Positions 54,210 through 64,000 of a stretch of DNA of 64,000 bases are shown in pieces. Numbering within the stretch: the stretch's first letter is position 1; every line of letters starts with the position of its first letter. Source of the DNA: Cyanidioschyzon merolae. Taxonomy: Eukaryota. The notes under the pieces are model-generated. The model was not told the origin of the DNA and made no database searches. It saw nothing but the letters and a program-made list of their open reading frames with translations. The position numbers and the translations under genes are program-made. The stretch lies in the NCBI GenBank assembly GCA_000091205.1, contig AP006498.2. One strand, given 5' to 3'.

Positions 54210-55847
54210 ATGGACGTTGCCTGCGCACCATACAGAACACAGTCGCTTGGATGGGGCATCCTAGCGACGCCTGCACTTGGCGAAAAACCTCGCTGTGTCA
54301 AACTGCGGCGCGAAACCACGCCTTGGCCGTCCCTGCGTAGACACTGGCCTGGCTGTCTGCGACACGGCACGAAGCCGCTGTCGAGGGACATCGGTCTGCT
54401 GGATGCGGTGCATTTGTACCTTAGATCGAATGTACAGCTGCGTGGAGGCGCTGCCGCTGGGGGTCCGTCCAGCTGTTGCATGAGCGCAGACTCGCCAGCA
54501 CAGCACCAGCGACGGTGGAAGCGCCCTGGGCAAACGTCCGGAAAGCGTCGCCCGCGCAAGTCTTTGACTTCACCAGACAGCGAGCGTGCTACAAACGAGG
54601 AGGAGCAGTCAACACCGAGGCAAGCGGACACAACGCGAAAATCGCCCTCTGGTAGTGCAGCACTAGCGGTAAAGTCGCAGCCACCGACAGCGACGACGGA
54701 GAGCACCATTCCGCAGTGCTCGCGCGAGTTCATCGAACTCTGTCGCGTACAGTTCGAAGTACTTGCGAGTGTCCTCGGCGTAACTCGTTGTGCACTGTGC
54801 GTACGGCGCGAAGCACCCGACGGTGCCCTAGAGTTTGTGCCGCTCTGTGTATATCCCGAGTCGCAGTGTGTCTGGGTGGTTGGCGCAGCGCCTGGCTCTC
54901 GTCCGCCGGTAGGCCCAGCGGCACTGCCGGGTGGCGTCGCCGCTGGACGACTGCTCCCCGAGTACCCTTTTATTGACCTGAACGCTGACACTGCAATGCC
55001 CTTGACTGACGGGGGATTATCGGCGCCACTCCTTGATGGGAATACCGTGCTCGGAATCTTGGTCGTTTGGCGCGATCACGGAACCGATTCAACGCCGAAG
55101 CCACGAATACTGCCCGAAGAACCCTCGCACTGGACCATGGACGAGCGTGTGCGACTCGTTTCAATTGCGAAGACGCTTGCACTAGCGCTCGTACTGGACC
55201 AGCGTCATCGGCACAAGGCGTCTGGTGCATCACAGGCGTCAACGCGAGCTGTGGTGTCATCATCACCGACGAATGACGGTGACATGCAAGAGGTAGGCTC
55301 CAGATGCGAGCCCCGTGCCTCAGCCGAAGCGCCACCGCATTCGCATGCCGACCCGTTGGCTCCAGCGTCAGCGCGAGAACCGAAGGCCCCGACAGGTGAG
55401 CGAACGTCGCTGAAGCGCAACCGCCGGAAGCGCACGGAGAACAGCGCCCAGCTGCCTGCGTCGGAAACGCTTGCGCACTGGGTTGACACGCGAGTACTGT
55501 CCAGTCATGAGCGCCAAACTTGGGGCTCTGCGCAGGCTCGGGAGAGCGCCATGATCGCACAAATTCGCGACGTACTCAGCAATATCCTGCACCAAGCGAA
55601 AAGCCCAATCACGGCTTTGCGCACCTTTGGAAAGTTACTTCTGCGTCGACTGCCCCCCGGTGATGTGAATCGAGACCTGGCCCGTGATATCATTGTACAG
55701 TGTGAGCGACTGAATGAACTCTTATCGCCGTTGGACACTGTGACCTTGCAGGTTGCCCAGTTGCCACCAGCGAAGGATATCGATCGTGTTTCGCCAGCTG
55801 CGGCCTCAAAGAACGCACGCCCGTGGCCAAGGTCGATGCCGCACCCG

Positions 55848-55883
<36 letters not shown>

Positions 55884-56945
55884 GCGGCAACGTATGCGCT
55901 ACCAGGCAGGATGTTGCCACCGCCGCCACGCTCCTTGCTGCTCCCGGCACCAGGAACAAATGCACAGGACGCAGTAGTGACACCAAGCAATACCAATGAT
56001 GATGATGATGATGAGCTACTCCATAGTAGGAGTAGCGCCCTCGAGAACGGCAGACTACACCTCTGTTGGATGAACGACATCGTGCGCCCGCTGCTCGGTA
56101 CTGCAACTGCGCTGGCCATGGAGCACGGCGTTGAGCTGCGCGCGCGCCTTGATCAGGTACCTGCGATTCTCGCCGATGCCTTTGCGCTTCGTGAGGCAAT
56201 CAGTAACGTGCTCGAGAACGCTATCAAGTATACGGGCACGGTACAACCTGGCGCTCGGGGTCGCCTTGTCCTCCTCTGGATCCAACTCGTATCCCTGAAT
56301 GCAGGCAGAGATCGCAGCGCGGGTGAAATCACGGAACTGCGCCCCCTGGAAGCAGTGCCTGGTGGTACCTTCGATGCAGAGGAGCCGCAGGCACACGACG
56401 ATCTTGCAGTGGCCCTGTTCGTCGGGGATACCGGTCCGGGTATCCCTCGTGGTGAACTGGAACGAATTTGGGAGCGCGGTTATCGAGGACGTCGCGCTCG
56501 GCAGGACAGCGCTGCAGAGCGCGCGAGTTTGGAAGCAGGCTCCGCTGGAGCAGAGAATCGCGAGAACTCGCCTATCTCGTTACCGTCAACATCGAGACGG
56601 ATGCAGTCGGGCGCATCCGACACTGACTCAGCGCAGCATGGATTAGGACTCTACTTGACGCGCCAGCTCGTAGAGCGTATGGGCGGTATGGTCATTCTAC
56701 AGAGTCCGTGGCCGCAATCAGAGCGAGCGCGTTCACCACCCGGTATCAGTGGGACCACAAACGATGCCCAGTGGGCGACACACATCCTTCCGCAGAACGC
56801 ACCGCCCCTTGAGGAGATGCACGTCTACGTCAACGCACCGGCAGCGGATTCAACGACTCGAACGGGGCAGCGAGCACATCGTCGAGGGACCCTCGTTGGT
56901 ATTGTGTTTCAGCGAGCAATATCGGCTGGAACGCCCGCTTCATAG
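54210..56945 (+). CDS. Nuclear-encoded sensor histidine kinase with an N-terminal GAF-like region, an H-box and a HATPase_c domain (cyanobacterial Hik2 / chloroplast sensor kinase-like).
   Basis: H box ILHQAKSPITALRTFGKLL (compare sHELRTPL). N box ISNVLENAIKYTG. G1 LFVGDTGPGIPRGELERIWERGYRG. G2 HGLGLYLTRQLVERMGGMVILQS. The GAF-like segment is ELCRVQFEVLASVLGVTRCALCVRREAPDGALEFVPLCVYPE. The ORF also has poly-Thr (T x13) and poly-Asp runs and a long basic N-terminal presequence. Confidence 0.72.
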
Positions 56946-57098
56946 TATATATTCCCGGGGCTATGAGCTCGCGCAAGCGATGTGCTGGTTCGCGAGCACC
57001 TGCGCTGGTGCCAGTCGTGCTGGTGCGCACGCGTCTCGACTGGTAGCGAGTCAGCGGTGCGGGTGCGGCTTCTGGGGAACCGCGGGCGCGCTCCAAAC

Positions 57099-57160
57099 GT
57101 ACACACACAAACACACACAGGCATACACAAACAGAGAGAGACAGACATACATACACACAG
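57099..57160. repeat. CA/GA-rich compound microsatellite.
   Basis: acacacacaaacacacacaggcatacacaaacagagagagacagacatacatacacacag. Confidence 0.8.
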
Positions 57161-57406
57161 GGCGTGTTTCGCGGCTGTCGTCCCAGAGAGGAATCCTGGC
57201 CCCGTGACGTATGCATCGTCGGCTGTTTGTTGGTGACACGGGGGTTTGGTGCTCCCCCGAATAAACAGCAGGCTGTTGTTTACGATACATGGCGAGTTCT
57301 CGAGTCTGCAGGTAACGAAAGGGGTTCCTGCGACGGGCACCCGGGTTGATCAAGCGCGAGCTTCGATACTGATAAACGGCCCGCTCGTTGTGTATGCGTC
57401 GTCTAT

Positions 57407-59743
57407 CTAGTGACCGGACGACGTCGGTGCACCATTACCCGCATGATGATCATCTTCTTCATCAAAATCATCATCATCATGAGTATCCGTTTGTCTGGTT
57501 TGCTGTGCTGCCTGGTAGAATGTAAACGTTTGGAGAACTTGCCGCTGAAAAACAGCCTTTGTCTGTAGTCCTGTCACCTTGTCATGCTTTTTCAAGATCT
57601 TTTCGAAGCCGGTTGCATTCAGTTCGATAAAATTCACCAGTTCCATGATTTCGACGTAGTGCTCTCGATACCGTTGACGGAGGAGCGCGAGTCGCTGCTG
57701 GTCTTGACGTCGCAGGGAGGCCTCGGCATCGACGGCGAGCGCTTGCGAGATGCGCTCGAGCTCTCGCTCCATGGCGCAAAAGAAAGCGTCTACCTTGACA
57801 GCTTCGATATGGAGGCGCTCGAAGAAGCGACGTTCCATTCGCCAAAAGGCCTCCCGATGCGATTGAGCCCATTGCTCGCTCGACATGAGCGGTGTGCTGG
57901 GTAGCGCACCGTTCCAAGGCTGCGCTCTCATCGTCGGGTTCCGAGACGCAAGTGTGGATCGTTGCGGCACTGCGACTACGGGCGCTGCGAGCGGGCTCGA
58001 GTATGCCAGTGTATGAGTCGTCTCGGCGGTTTGAAAACGAGACGGTGGCCTCTTATTGCAGCAAGCTCCCGGAGGCGTCTCGTTACGATCCTGTGCAGGA
58101 GGTGTTCTGGGTGGAATGATTTCCCCCAGGAGCGGGGTGCGCTCGTGCACGGGCTTGCTCCGTACAGCCGATGCTGGGTAGCACGCTGGCGACGCCCTGT
58201 CAGAGCCAACAGACGTTCGCGGACTCGTGCCTGGTGCATCGCGTCTAGCGGAAGCGTCTTCTCGCAGTGCGGCGCCCGGAAGCGGCCTCGCGAGTTGCAG
58301 CGGTGGCGGTGCTGCGGACGAGCAGGCATTGGCGGACCGCTCAGGCGCCGCCGCAAAATAGTCGCTGGGTGCATGACGCGGTGCACCGTGCTCTAGTTCG
58401 TAGAGCACATTCGCACTGGCCGTTTTCCGGAGCGCTGGAGCCAGTCGAGCGCTACGACTCTCGCGACGCTCGATCGCAGCAGCGCTGGTGTCCCCCGTGC
58501 TGGCCAATGGCGATGCTAACGGTCGTGGATAAGTATCCGTATGCATCGCTGGCGTTAGATTCAACGCAGTAACGTGTGCATCTGCTGCTCGTGCTGTTCC
58601 CGCTGCGTGAGCATCTTGATGAACACTCGGCGACGCAGCCTCGTCTTCCGCAGGTGCCGTCTGCGCACCATTCAGAGGTACGCGTGCGGCTGGGCACGGT
58701 GCGTCGCGGTGCCCTGCATTTTCTCCAGCGCTCGGGAAACCTCTCAGAGAATCAGGTACGCATCCCGTAACCGAGAAGCTGTGCTGTGAACGCAACGCGT
58801 TGCCACCCGGGTCACCAATGTGGTCGTCGTCGTCGTCGTCGTCGTCATCGCTTTCATCATCATCATCATCATGATCGTCATTATCGTTATCGTTCTTGGT
58901 AACGGTGTTGCGGTTGCGAGTCCTGCTGTCATTTGCGGCGCTAGCGCCCCCGGAGGATGCCATGTCCGCGACCCGCAAACGTTCCGCGTGATCCTCCACC
59001 CATCCAGGCGATTCTGAGACCTGCGATACCCCCGAGGGCATTCTGGTTGCTCCCCGTGCAGATTCGCTGCAATCGCCCGGTGAAGCAGACCGAGGTTCCA
59101 CTGCGGTGCTCGCTTGCGCAGATATCCCGCCCGACACCTGTTTCTCGTTTCCAATGGCGTGCATCCACACACTAGCCCGCGTGCGCTGCTCGATATCCTC
59201 CGAGCCAGCAGAGATAACCGACACGCGGGCCAGACGGGCTCGCTCCTGCTCTGTCGCGTGGTGTTCGAGTCCTGTGCTTGGCGCGCTGGCCGCGTCTGAA
59301 GGAAGACGCTCGAATTTAGCGTCCGTCTGAGCATGGGGTGCAGCACCAGCGCCATCAGCTGTTTCTGGTGCTAATGCTACTGCCTCCGCACCCCAGGAAC
59401 CGTGTTCCACAGGGGAACGGAGCGGGGCTATTCTTGCTGTCGCTCTCGCATGTAGCGTATCCACTTCAATTTCCTCCTCTGGGGGCGGACTCGACACCGA
59501 AGCAGTGGAAGACGAAGCACCCCGTCCACAGACCGCGTCTCCACGAATCCATATAGCTAGCGTAACTTCACGAAGCGGTGAACAGCTCATGGCGGGATCA
59601 CCGGCCCCGTACTTGCGGAGCTGCTGTCGCACACTGCCCAGTCGGGAGATATATTTTTTCAACTCGCTATAATCAAGATAGTGCTCCCGCCACTCTGCAA
59701 CTGCATTGTACATGAGCTGCTTTGAGAACTTCATGGTACTCAA
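57407..59743 (-). CDS. SPX-domain protein whose SPX domain is split by a ~550-aa low-complexity insert including a poly-Asp run.
   Basis: The N-terminus MKFSKQLMYNAVAEWREHYLDYSELKKYI is the canonical SPX start (MKFgk.L.......W...YidYk.LKk.I). The C-terminal SPX segments are ...FERLHIEAVKVDAFF...YREHYVEIMELVNFIELNATGFEKILKKHDK. The insert contains DDHDDDDDESDDDDDDDDD. Confidence 0.72.
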   Translation of the reverse strand: MSTMKFSKQLMYNAVAEWREHYLDYSELKKYISRLGSVRQQLRKYGAGDPAMSCSPLREVTLAIWIRGDAVCGRGASSSTASVSSPPPEEEIEVDTLHARATARIAPLRSPVEHGSWGAEAVALAPETADGAGAAPHAQTDAKFERLPSDAASAPSTGLEHHATEQERARLARVSVISAGSEDIEQRTRASVWMHAIGNEKQVSGGISAQASTAVEPRSASPGDCSESARGATRMPSGVSQVSESPGWVEDHAERLRVADMASSGGASAANDSRTRNRNTVTKNDNDNDDHDDDDDESDDDDDDDDDHIGDPGGNALRSQHSFSVTGCVPDSLRGFPSAGENAGHRDAPCPAARVPLNGAQTAPAEDEAASPSVHQDAHAAGTARAADAHVTALNLTPAMHTDTYPRPLASPLASTGDTSAAAIERRESRSARLAPALRKTASANVLYELEHGAPRHAPSDYFAAAPERSANACSSAAPPPLQLARPLPGAALREDASARRDAPGTSPRTSVGSDRASPACYPASAVRSKPVHERTPLLGEIIPPRTPPAQDRNETPPGACCNKRPPSRFQTAETTHTLAYSSPLAAPVVAVPQRSTLASRNPTMRAQPWNGALPSTPLMSSEQWAQSHREAFWRMERRFFERLHIEAVKVDAFFCAMERELERISQALAVDAEASLRRQDQQRLALLRQRYREHYVEIMELVNFIELNATGFEKILKKHDKVTGLQTKAVFQRQVLQTFTFYQAAQQTRQTDTHDDDDFDEEDDHHAGNGAPTSSGH

Positions 59744-59960
59744 ACGTAAATCGTCTGTTGCATACTATGCTCAAGATCAGCAAGAAAATAGTGGTTCAAC
59801 GCACAGCGCGTTCGTGCTCCTGCACGCTCTCCAAGTCGAGCGCTCTGAACGAGGCGGCACCTCCGGCTCGCTCGTGATGCGCGTTAACGTTCGAGCGGCG
59901 GTTTCGTGCACGCCCGACACCGCACCATCAACGCCGCTCTAAAGTCGAACGACTTCGGGC

Positions 59961-61100
59961 GTGTACAGTAGTGGCGGCAACCGTGCCCTAGACTTAAAGT
60001 CTCCAACTGAAGTGCAGACGCTTCCTAGGCTTTCTGGACCGGGCACTCACTACTGCTTCCAACTTGTTCTCATATAGTTCGAATTTGAGAGATTGTCCAA
60101 TAAAGTTCATTCTTGTCCGCTCTGGAGGTCTCGTCTCCAGCGCTGCACATCTGCTTATATTGATAGCGGCATTAAAGTCGCGATTCACGAATTCCATGCG
60201 TTTCGTGCCATCATTGGTTGTACTTACCAATGCAAGGAGTCCACGAACTTTCGCCCTCCTTTCCATTTGCTCCTCCGTCAGCGGTCCATACTTTTTTATA
60301 TCTTCAGGGCTCCGCTGTCACTTTTCCATCTCCACTCTCTGAAGTGTACACCCCAGTTCATGCTGTGTATAGGACGTTCGGAACACATCTATCGGTATCG
60401 TGACGAAACGCCGTGCACACTCTTTGTACGTTCTTGTCGTTGGAGCTGGTGTACACCCTTTTTGGGTCTTCCATCGCCCTGCTCCGTACGCGACTACGAG
60501 CGTCTGACTGTCATCCTCCTTCAAGGCGCTCAACTCATTGAAAAAGTTCGCGAACGCCCGCTGTTTCCCACAGTATAGATTCATGCGCAGACGAGCCGGC
60601 CGGGGCTTTGTATATTCTTCCCACAGCGCATCCCAATGCGCAAACCGATCTTCTATGAATTTCCGAAAAGCTGTAAAGCCCGCTCCTCGGCTCGTCACCT
60701 CGCTCATAGCTTCCAGGTGATCTTTCATTCCTGAATTCCACGTACAAATTTTCTTCCTCGCATTCATTATACCGGATCCTCGATAGCATCTTGCTCTCGA
60801 GAACCTCAAAAAGACGCATATCTTTCTGACGTAAGTTACCATCAGTCCCATCTTCCGCACACTTTGGTACAGCGATGGTTATGATATTCGTATTCCCAGG
60901 GTCCACGCCAACGACAAAGTCGTTATCCTGCACCTCCTGCATCGCAGGATCCCCATCATTCTCATCTACATCCTTCGCCGAGCCGTCTACAAGGTTGTAC
61001 TTTTCCACTTCCTGCGTCACAGAATCCGCGTCCTTCTCGTCTATATTCTTCGCCACGGGCGAAGCCGAAGACGGACCAGGAGACGGGCCCAACGGCGCTG
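59961..61100 (-). pseudogene. TnpB/Fanzor-like RuvC fragment, copy C. It is 5'-truncated just upstream of RuvC-I and lies head-to-head with copy D.
   Basis: Minus-strand ORFs 60535..61092, 60318..60860 and 59994..60266: ...[26 protein letters not shown] (RuvC-I with Asp) ... VDVFRTSYTQHELGCTLQRVEMEK ... RGLLALVSTTNDGTKRMEFVNRDFNAAINISRCAALE (RuvC-III). The stop at 59994 is followed 31 nt later by the conserved right end (+ strand gtgtacagtagtggc at 59961..59975). Confidence 0.65.
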
Positions 61101-62050
61101 GAGGCGCAGAAGAACGCGTTTGCCGTTGGCATGGATCCCGGGAACACCCACATCGTTACCATCGCAGCACCCAAGCGTGAGGAAGATGGCTCTGACGGCA
61201 ACTTACGTCAGAAAGACATAAGTCTGTTGAAGCTCTCATGAGCGAGATATTACCGAGAATCCGGTATAATGAATGCAAGGAATAAAAGTGAGACATCGAA
61301 TTCAGGAGTGAAGGGAATTTGGAAGCGATCAGCCGGGTGACGAGCCGCGGAGCCGACATGGAAGCGTTTCGAGAGGCCATGAGCATTCACGCAGCTCATG
61401 ACGAAAGCCTTTGGAAAGAATGCACAAAGTTCAGGTGGGCTCGTCTGCGTATGAACCTGTACTGTTGGAAACAGCGAGCATACGCCAGCTTTTTCAATCA
61501 GTTGAGCGCCCTCAAGGAGGACATGAGCCAAAGGCTCGTAGTAGCATACGGGGCAGGTCGATGGATGCCCCAAAAAGGGTGTACACCAGCTCCAACGACA
61601 AGAACGTACAAGGAGTGCGCACATGGTTATGTCGAAATACCTTTAGATGAGTTTCGAACATCTTCTACACACCACGAGCTGTGTTGTACACTTCAGAGGG
61701 TCGCGATGGAGAAAAGCCAGCGGCTCGCTGACGGAAATGCAAATGGCAAGGAGGGCGAAACTTCGAGGACTACTCGCATTGGTTACTACAACTACTGATG
61801 GCAAGAAACGAATAGAGTTCGTGAATTGAGACTTTAACGCCGCCATCAGTGTAAGGAGGTGTGCAGTACTGGAAAGAAGACCCCCGGAGTTGGCGAGAGC
61901 CAACTTTGCGAGGCAACCTCCCAAAATGGAGTGATACCAGAAGAAGTTGAAACCAGTAGTAGGTGGCCAGTTGCTGAACGCCAGCACAGTCGTCTGCACA
62001 TCGATGGGTAGACATTCGGTCTACGGCGGACGGTGTGAGAAGCGCCACTC
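61100..62050 (+). pseudogene. TnpB/Fanzor-like RuvC fragment, copy D, on the plus strand and heavily decayed. It abuts copy C head-to-head.
   Basis: NAFAVGMDPGNTHIVTIAAPKREEDGSDGNLRQKD..., then ORF 61319..61798 (RWARLRMNLYCWKQRAYASFFNQLSALKED...DEFRTSSTHHELCCTLQRV), then RGLLALVTTTTDGKKRIEFVN.DFNAAISV ... KLKPVVGG. It ends with gccactcttgtacactg at 62034..62050, which matches the family right end. Confidence 0.6.
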
Positions 62051-62330
62051 TTGTACACTGGCTTTCCAGCGTTTCTCTTTTGCAAGGCGTTTGGTGGTGT
62101 TTCCAGAGACGAATTGTTTATCAAAAACGTCTTCTGTCGATCTTCGAAACCAACGTGCTGCTTCCTCTGTGCGGCACGGGGCGTACGCTATGCGCTTTTC
62201 TGCTGATTGACAGCGGAAGCGACAAGTCCGGTTACTGCCTTGAAGACTTAGACGCTTTGGAGAGACCATCATATCGATGGTTTCAGTTTTCTGACCTCCT
62301 CCTAACCACCACGCTCGGATCTCTGTTGCA

Positions 62331-62738
62331 ATGGCACGCGCAGCAGCTCTCATGGCAGCCAAAGCTGAACCCGGGCATCGAGAGAGTGGAAAGCTGCATC
62401 AAAGGTGGCGCAAAGCCAAGGAAGCCGGTCATCTGAGCAAGCTTGCATCGCCTGCAGAGCTGCGAGCACTCGTCCATGCGAAACTGACACCCGAGGAGCA
62501 AGTGCTTTCTGGGATGCAGTGTGCAGGGCTGGCAGCCAAGGCACTTGAGGTACTCGACAAGTCGCGTACATCTTTAGAGCAAGACATAGAGTACGAGTCG
62601 TGTGACTGGGAAATAGAATCGGACGATGCCATGGACCGTGTTGCGAGACGATTCCTTGCCGATCTCGAACAGCTAAAGCAGACTGGCAGCACGCGTCGAC
62701 TCACCCAACTCAGTATTTGGCGTCGCATCAGTCGCTAG
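62331..62738 (+). CDS. Hypothetical protein. It may be the 5' part of a single gene that continues in 62791..63243 after a frame change.
   Basis: 135-aa ORF with ordinary, non-repetitive composition. No family was recognised. Confidence 0.25.
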   Translation: MARAAALMAAKAEPGHRESGKLHQRWRKAKEAGHLSKLASPAELRALVHAKLTPEEQVLSGMQCAGLAAKALEVLDKSRTSLEQDIEYESCDWEIESDDAMDRVARRFLADLEQLKQTGSTRRLTQLSIWRRISR

Positions 62739-62790
62739 GTCGTACTGGCGGAAAGGCGAGCATGAACTGCAGGCTGAAGGCAGTCCTTTT

Positions 62791-63243
62791 GTGAGGCAAG
62801 TCGCGAAGATCGCGGACCAGGCATCCAAGACTCCGGGATACCGCCAGGTCGTTGCCTGGGAGCATCTGGAAGAGCTCGCAGATGCGGCAACTGCAGATGG
62901 TGTATTCGGTTCGCAGTCGCGGTCGATGTCACGTATCTTACGTCGCCCAGAAAGTCGGTTTCGACTCTTGCTCACGAAACTAGAGCTTGGTGAGGAGCTC
63001 TGCACACGCGACGAGCGGCGTTTGATGCTGGCATTGGATACCTCTGATGCGAGATTTGAACCCGAACGCATGCGCTCGAGGAAGAGGGCACCTGGTGGAG
63101 CGCAGGATGGCGCCTCTGCAAAGCGCGACCACGGGAGGTCTGCATCCGTTTCGTCGTCGTCGTCGTCGTCGTCGTTAGAGCCAGAGCACGAGGACGACGT
63201 GCACCGAGCGGCCAAGAACGCGTCTTCTGCGAGAAAGAAATGA
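62791..63243 (+). CDS. Hypothetical Ser-rich protein.
   Basis: 150-aa ORF with a poly-Ser run (SSSSSSSS) and a basic C-terminus. No family was recognised. Confidence 0.25.
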   Translation: MRQVAKIADQASKTPGYRQVVAWEHLEELADAATADGVFGSQSRSMSRILRRPESRFRLLLTKLELGEELCTRDERRLMLALDTSDARFEPERMRSRKRAPGGAQDGASAKRDHGRSASVSSSSSSSSLEPEHEDDVHRAAKNASSARKK

Positions 63244-64000
63244 CCACATCATCGGCGACGATCATCCAACAAAAACGAAACCCTGGAGAATCCTCAGTGA
63301 GCCAGCATTTGAGCGAGATTGCCGCTGAATCATCGCCGTGCCCTGGCCCTGTGGATATCGCATGATGCATCGTTTACAGCGTTTCACCCATGATACTGGG
63401 TGGTGATTATCGCCGCCGGAATACCTCAGGACTAGATCGCGGATCGTTGGAAGCTACGCTCGCGTCCATCGCGTGTACCATGTGCTGCAAAAGTGGTGCT
63501 TGTCTGCAGCTCCACAAAGAGCACATGATCGCGTGCTGTGCTGCGAGCACCACGCCGCCGGCCTCTGTCGGCAAACGCGCTCAAAGGCGTACTCGCGACA
63601 AGCATGAATTCAGCAGGAGTATTGGCGCTGGTTGAGGCACTACGACTGACTATCGAGAGACCAATCTCAGCAACCGCAGCATGCGTCGATCACTGGGGCG
63701 CAGCTTAAACTCCAGCAGCGATGCGGCCGCGTCAGAGCCAGACCTGCAGACTAGTGGACAGAGCGCAGCATGCCTCATTCTGGATTTCGCACAAGTACCC
63801 GCCAGAGACGCTTCTCAGGGTAGCCAGTGGCGGATCGCGTCTATTTCGCTACCGGGAATTCGGACGGATTCCGCGTCCAGTCGACCGGGGACGGTTCACG
63901 CTCTCCACTCGGACGTCAACGCGTTTCACTTTGGCGATGAAGGTGCTGCATTCATCCACCGACCAGTCTGCATGACGATTCGACGAACATCGGGCGGAAC

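Noticed and set aside
1-64000. Possibility that the window is prokaryotic (TnpB-like genes, a histidine kinase and a CFA synthase are all bacterial-type families)
   Set aside because: The window also encodes eL13, eL34, eukaryotic S16, RPB11, NOL10, MEMO1, a mitochondrial carrier, a classical PTP, SPX and an Ima1-like nuclear-membrane protein. It has a Pol III-style oligo-T terminator. It is a eukaryotic nuclear locus.

Overview
This 64-kb window is nuclear DNA from a compact, intron-poor, GC-rich (roughly 55-60% by eye) eukaryote with long single-exon genes. Several features fit a Cyanidiales red alga such as Cyanidioschyzon merolae; this is my inference and was not checked against any database. 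The features are: a circularly permuted tRNA gene, no need for introns in any gene, about 3.5 kb per gene, and a window that begins with CCCCCCATT, the complement of an AATGGGGGG-type telomere unit.

I call about 20 protein-coding genes from motif-level recognition only:
- ribosomal proteins eL13, uS9/S16 and eL34
- RNA polymerase II subunit RPB11
- NOL10/Enp2
- anamorsin/Dre2
- a SAGA-Tad1-like protein
- a WD40 Utp-like protein
- a mitochondrial carrier
- Iojap/RsfS
- an EF-hand/TKL-kinase/ankyrin protein
- an Ima1/Samp1-like inner-nuclear-membrane protein
- MEMO1
- a cyclopropane-fatty-acid-synthase-like methyltransferase
- a classical protein tyrosine phosphatase
- a GAF histidine kinase (CSK/Hik2-like)
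- a split SPX-domain protein
- a secreted Kelch-propeller protein fused to a Hedgehog/intein-type Hint domain

The most unusual content is as follows.
1. A permuted tRNA-Thr(AGU) gene: the 3' half lies upstream of the 5' half, with a TATA-like box before it and a T-run terminator after it.
2. A family of five decayed copies of a roughly 2-3 kb element encoding a TnpB/Fanzor-like RuvC nuclease. All have a DxNAAINI RuvC-III signature, a GxDxG RuvC-I candidate, and a basic NLS-like N-terminus. Four copies share a conserved 3' end about 30 nt beyond the stop codon. Two copies lie head-to-head. Two copies share about 1 kb of additional upstream homology.
3. A near-identical 616-bp inverted repeat pair in a divergent promoter region.
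4. Three minisatellite arrays (97 bp x ~9, 86 bp x ~4.5, 77 bp x 2).

No similarity search could be run, so every family assignment is an inference from remembered motifs.
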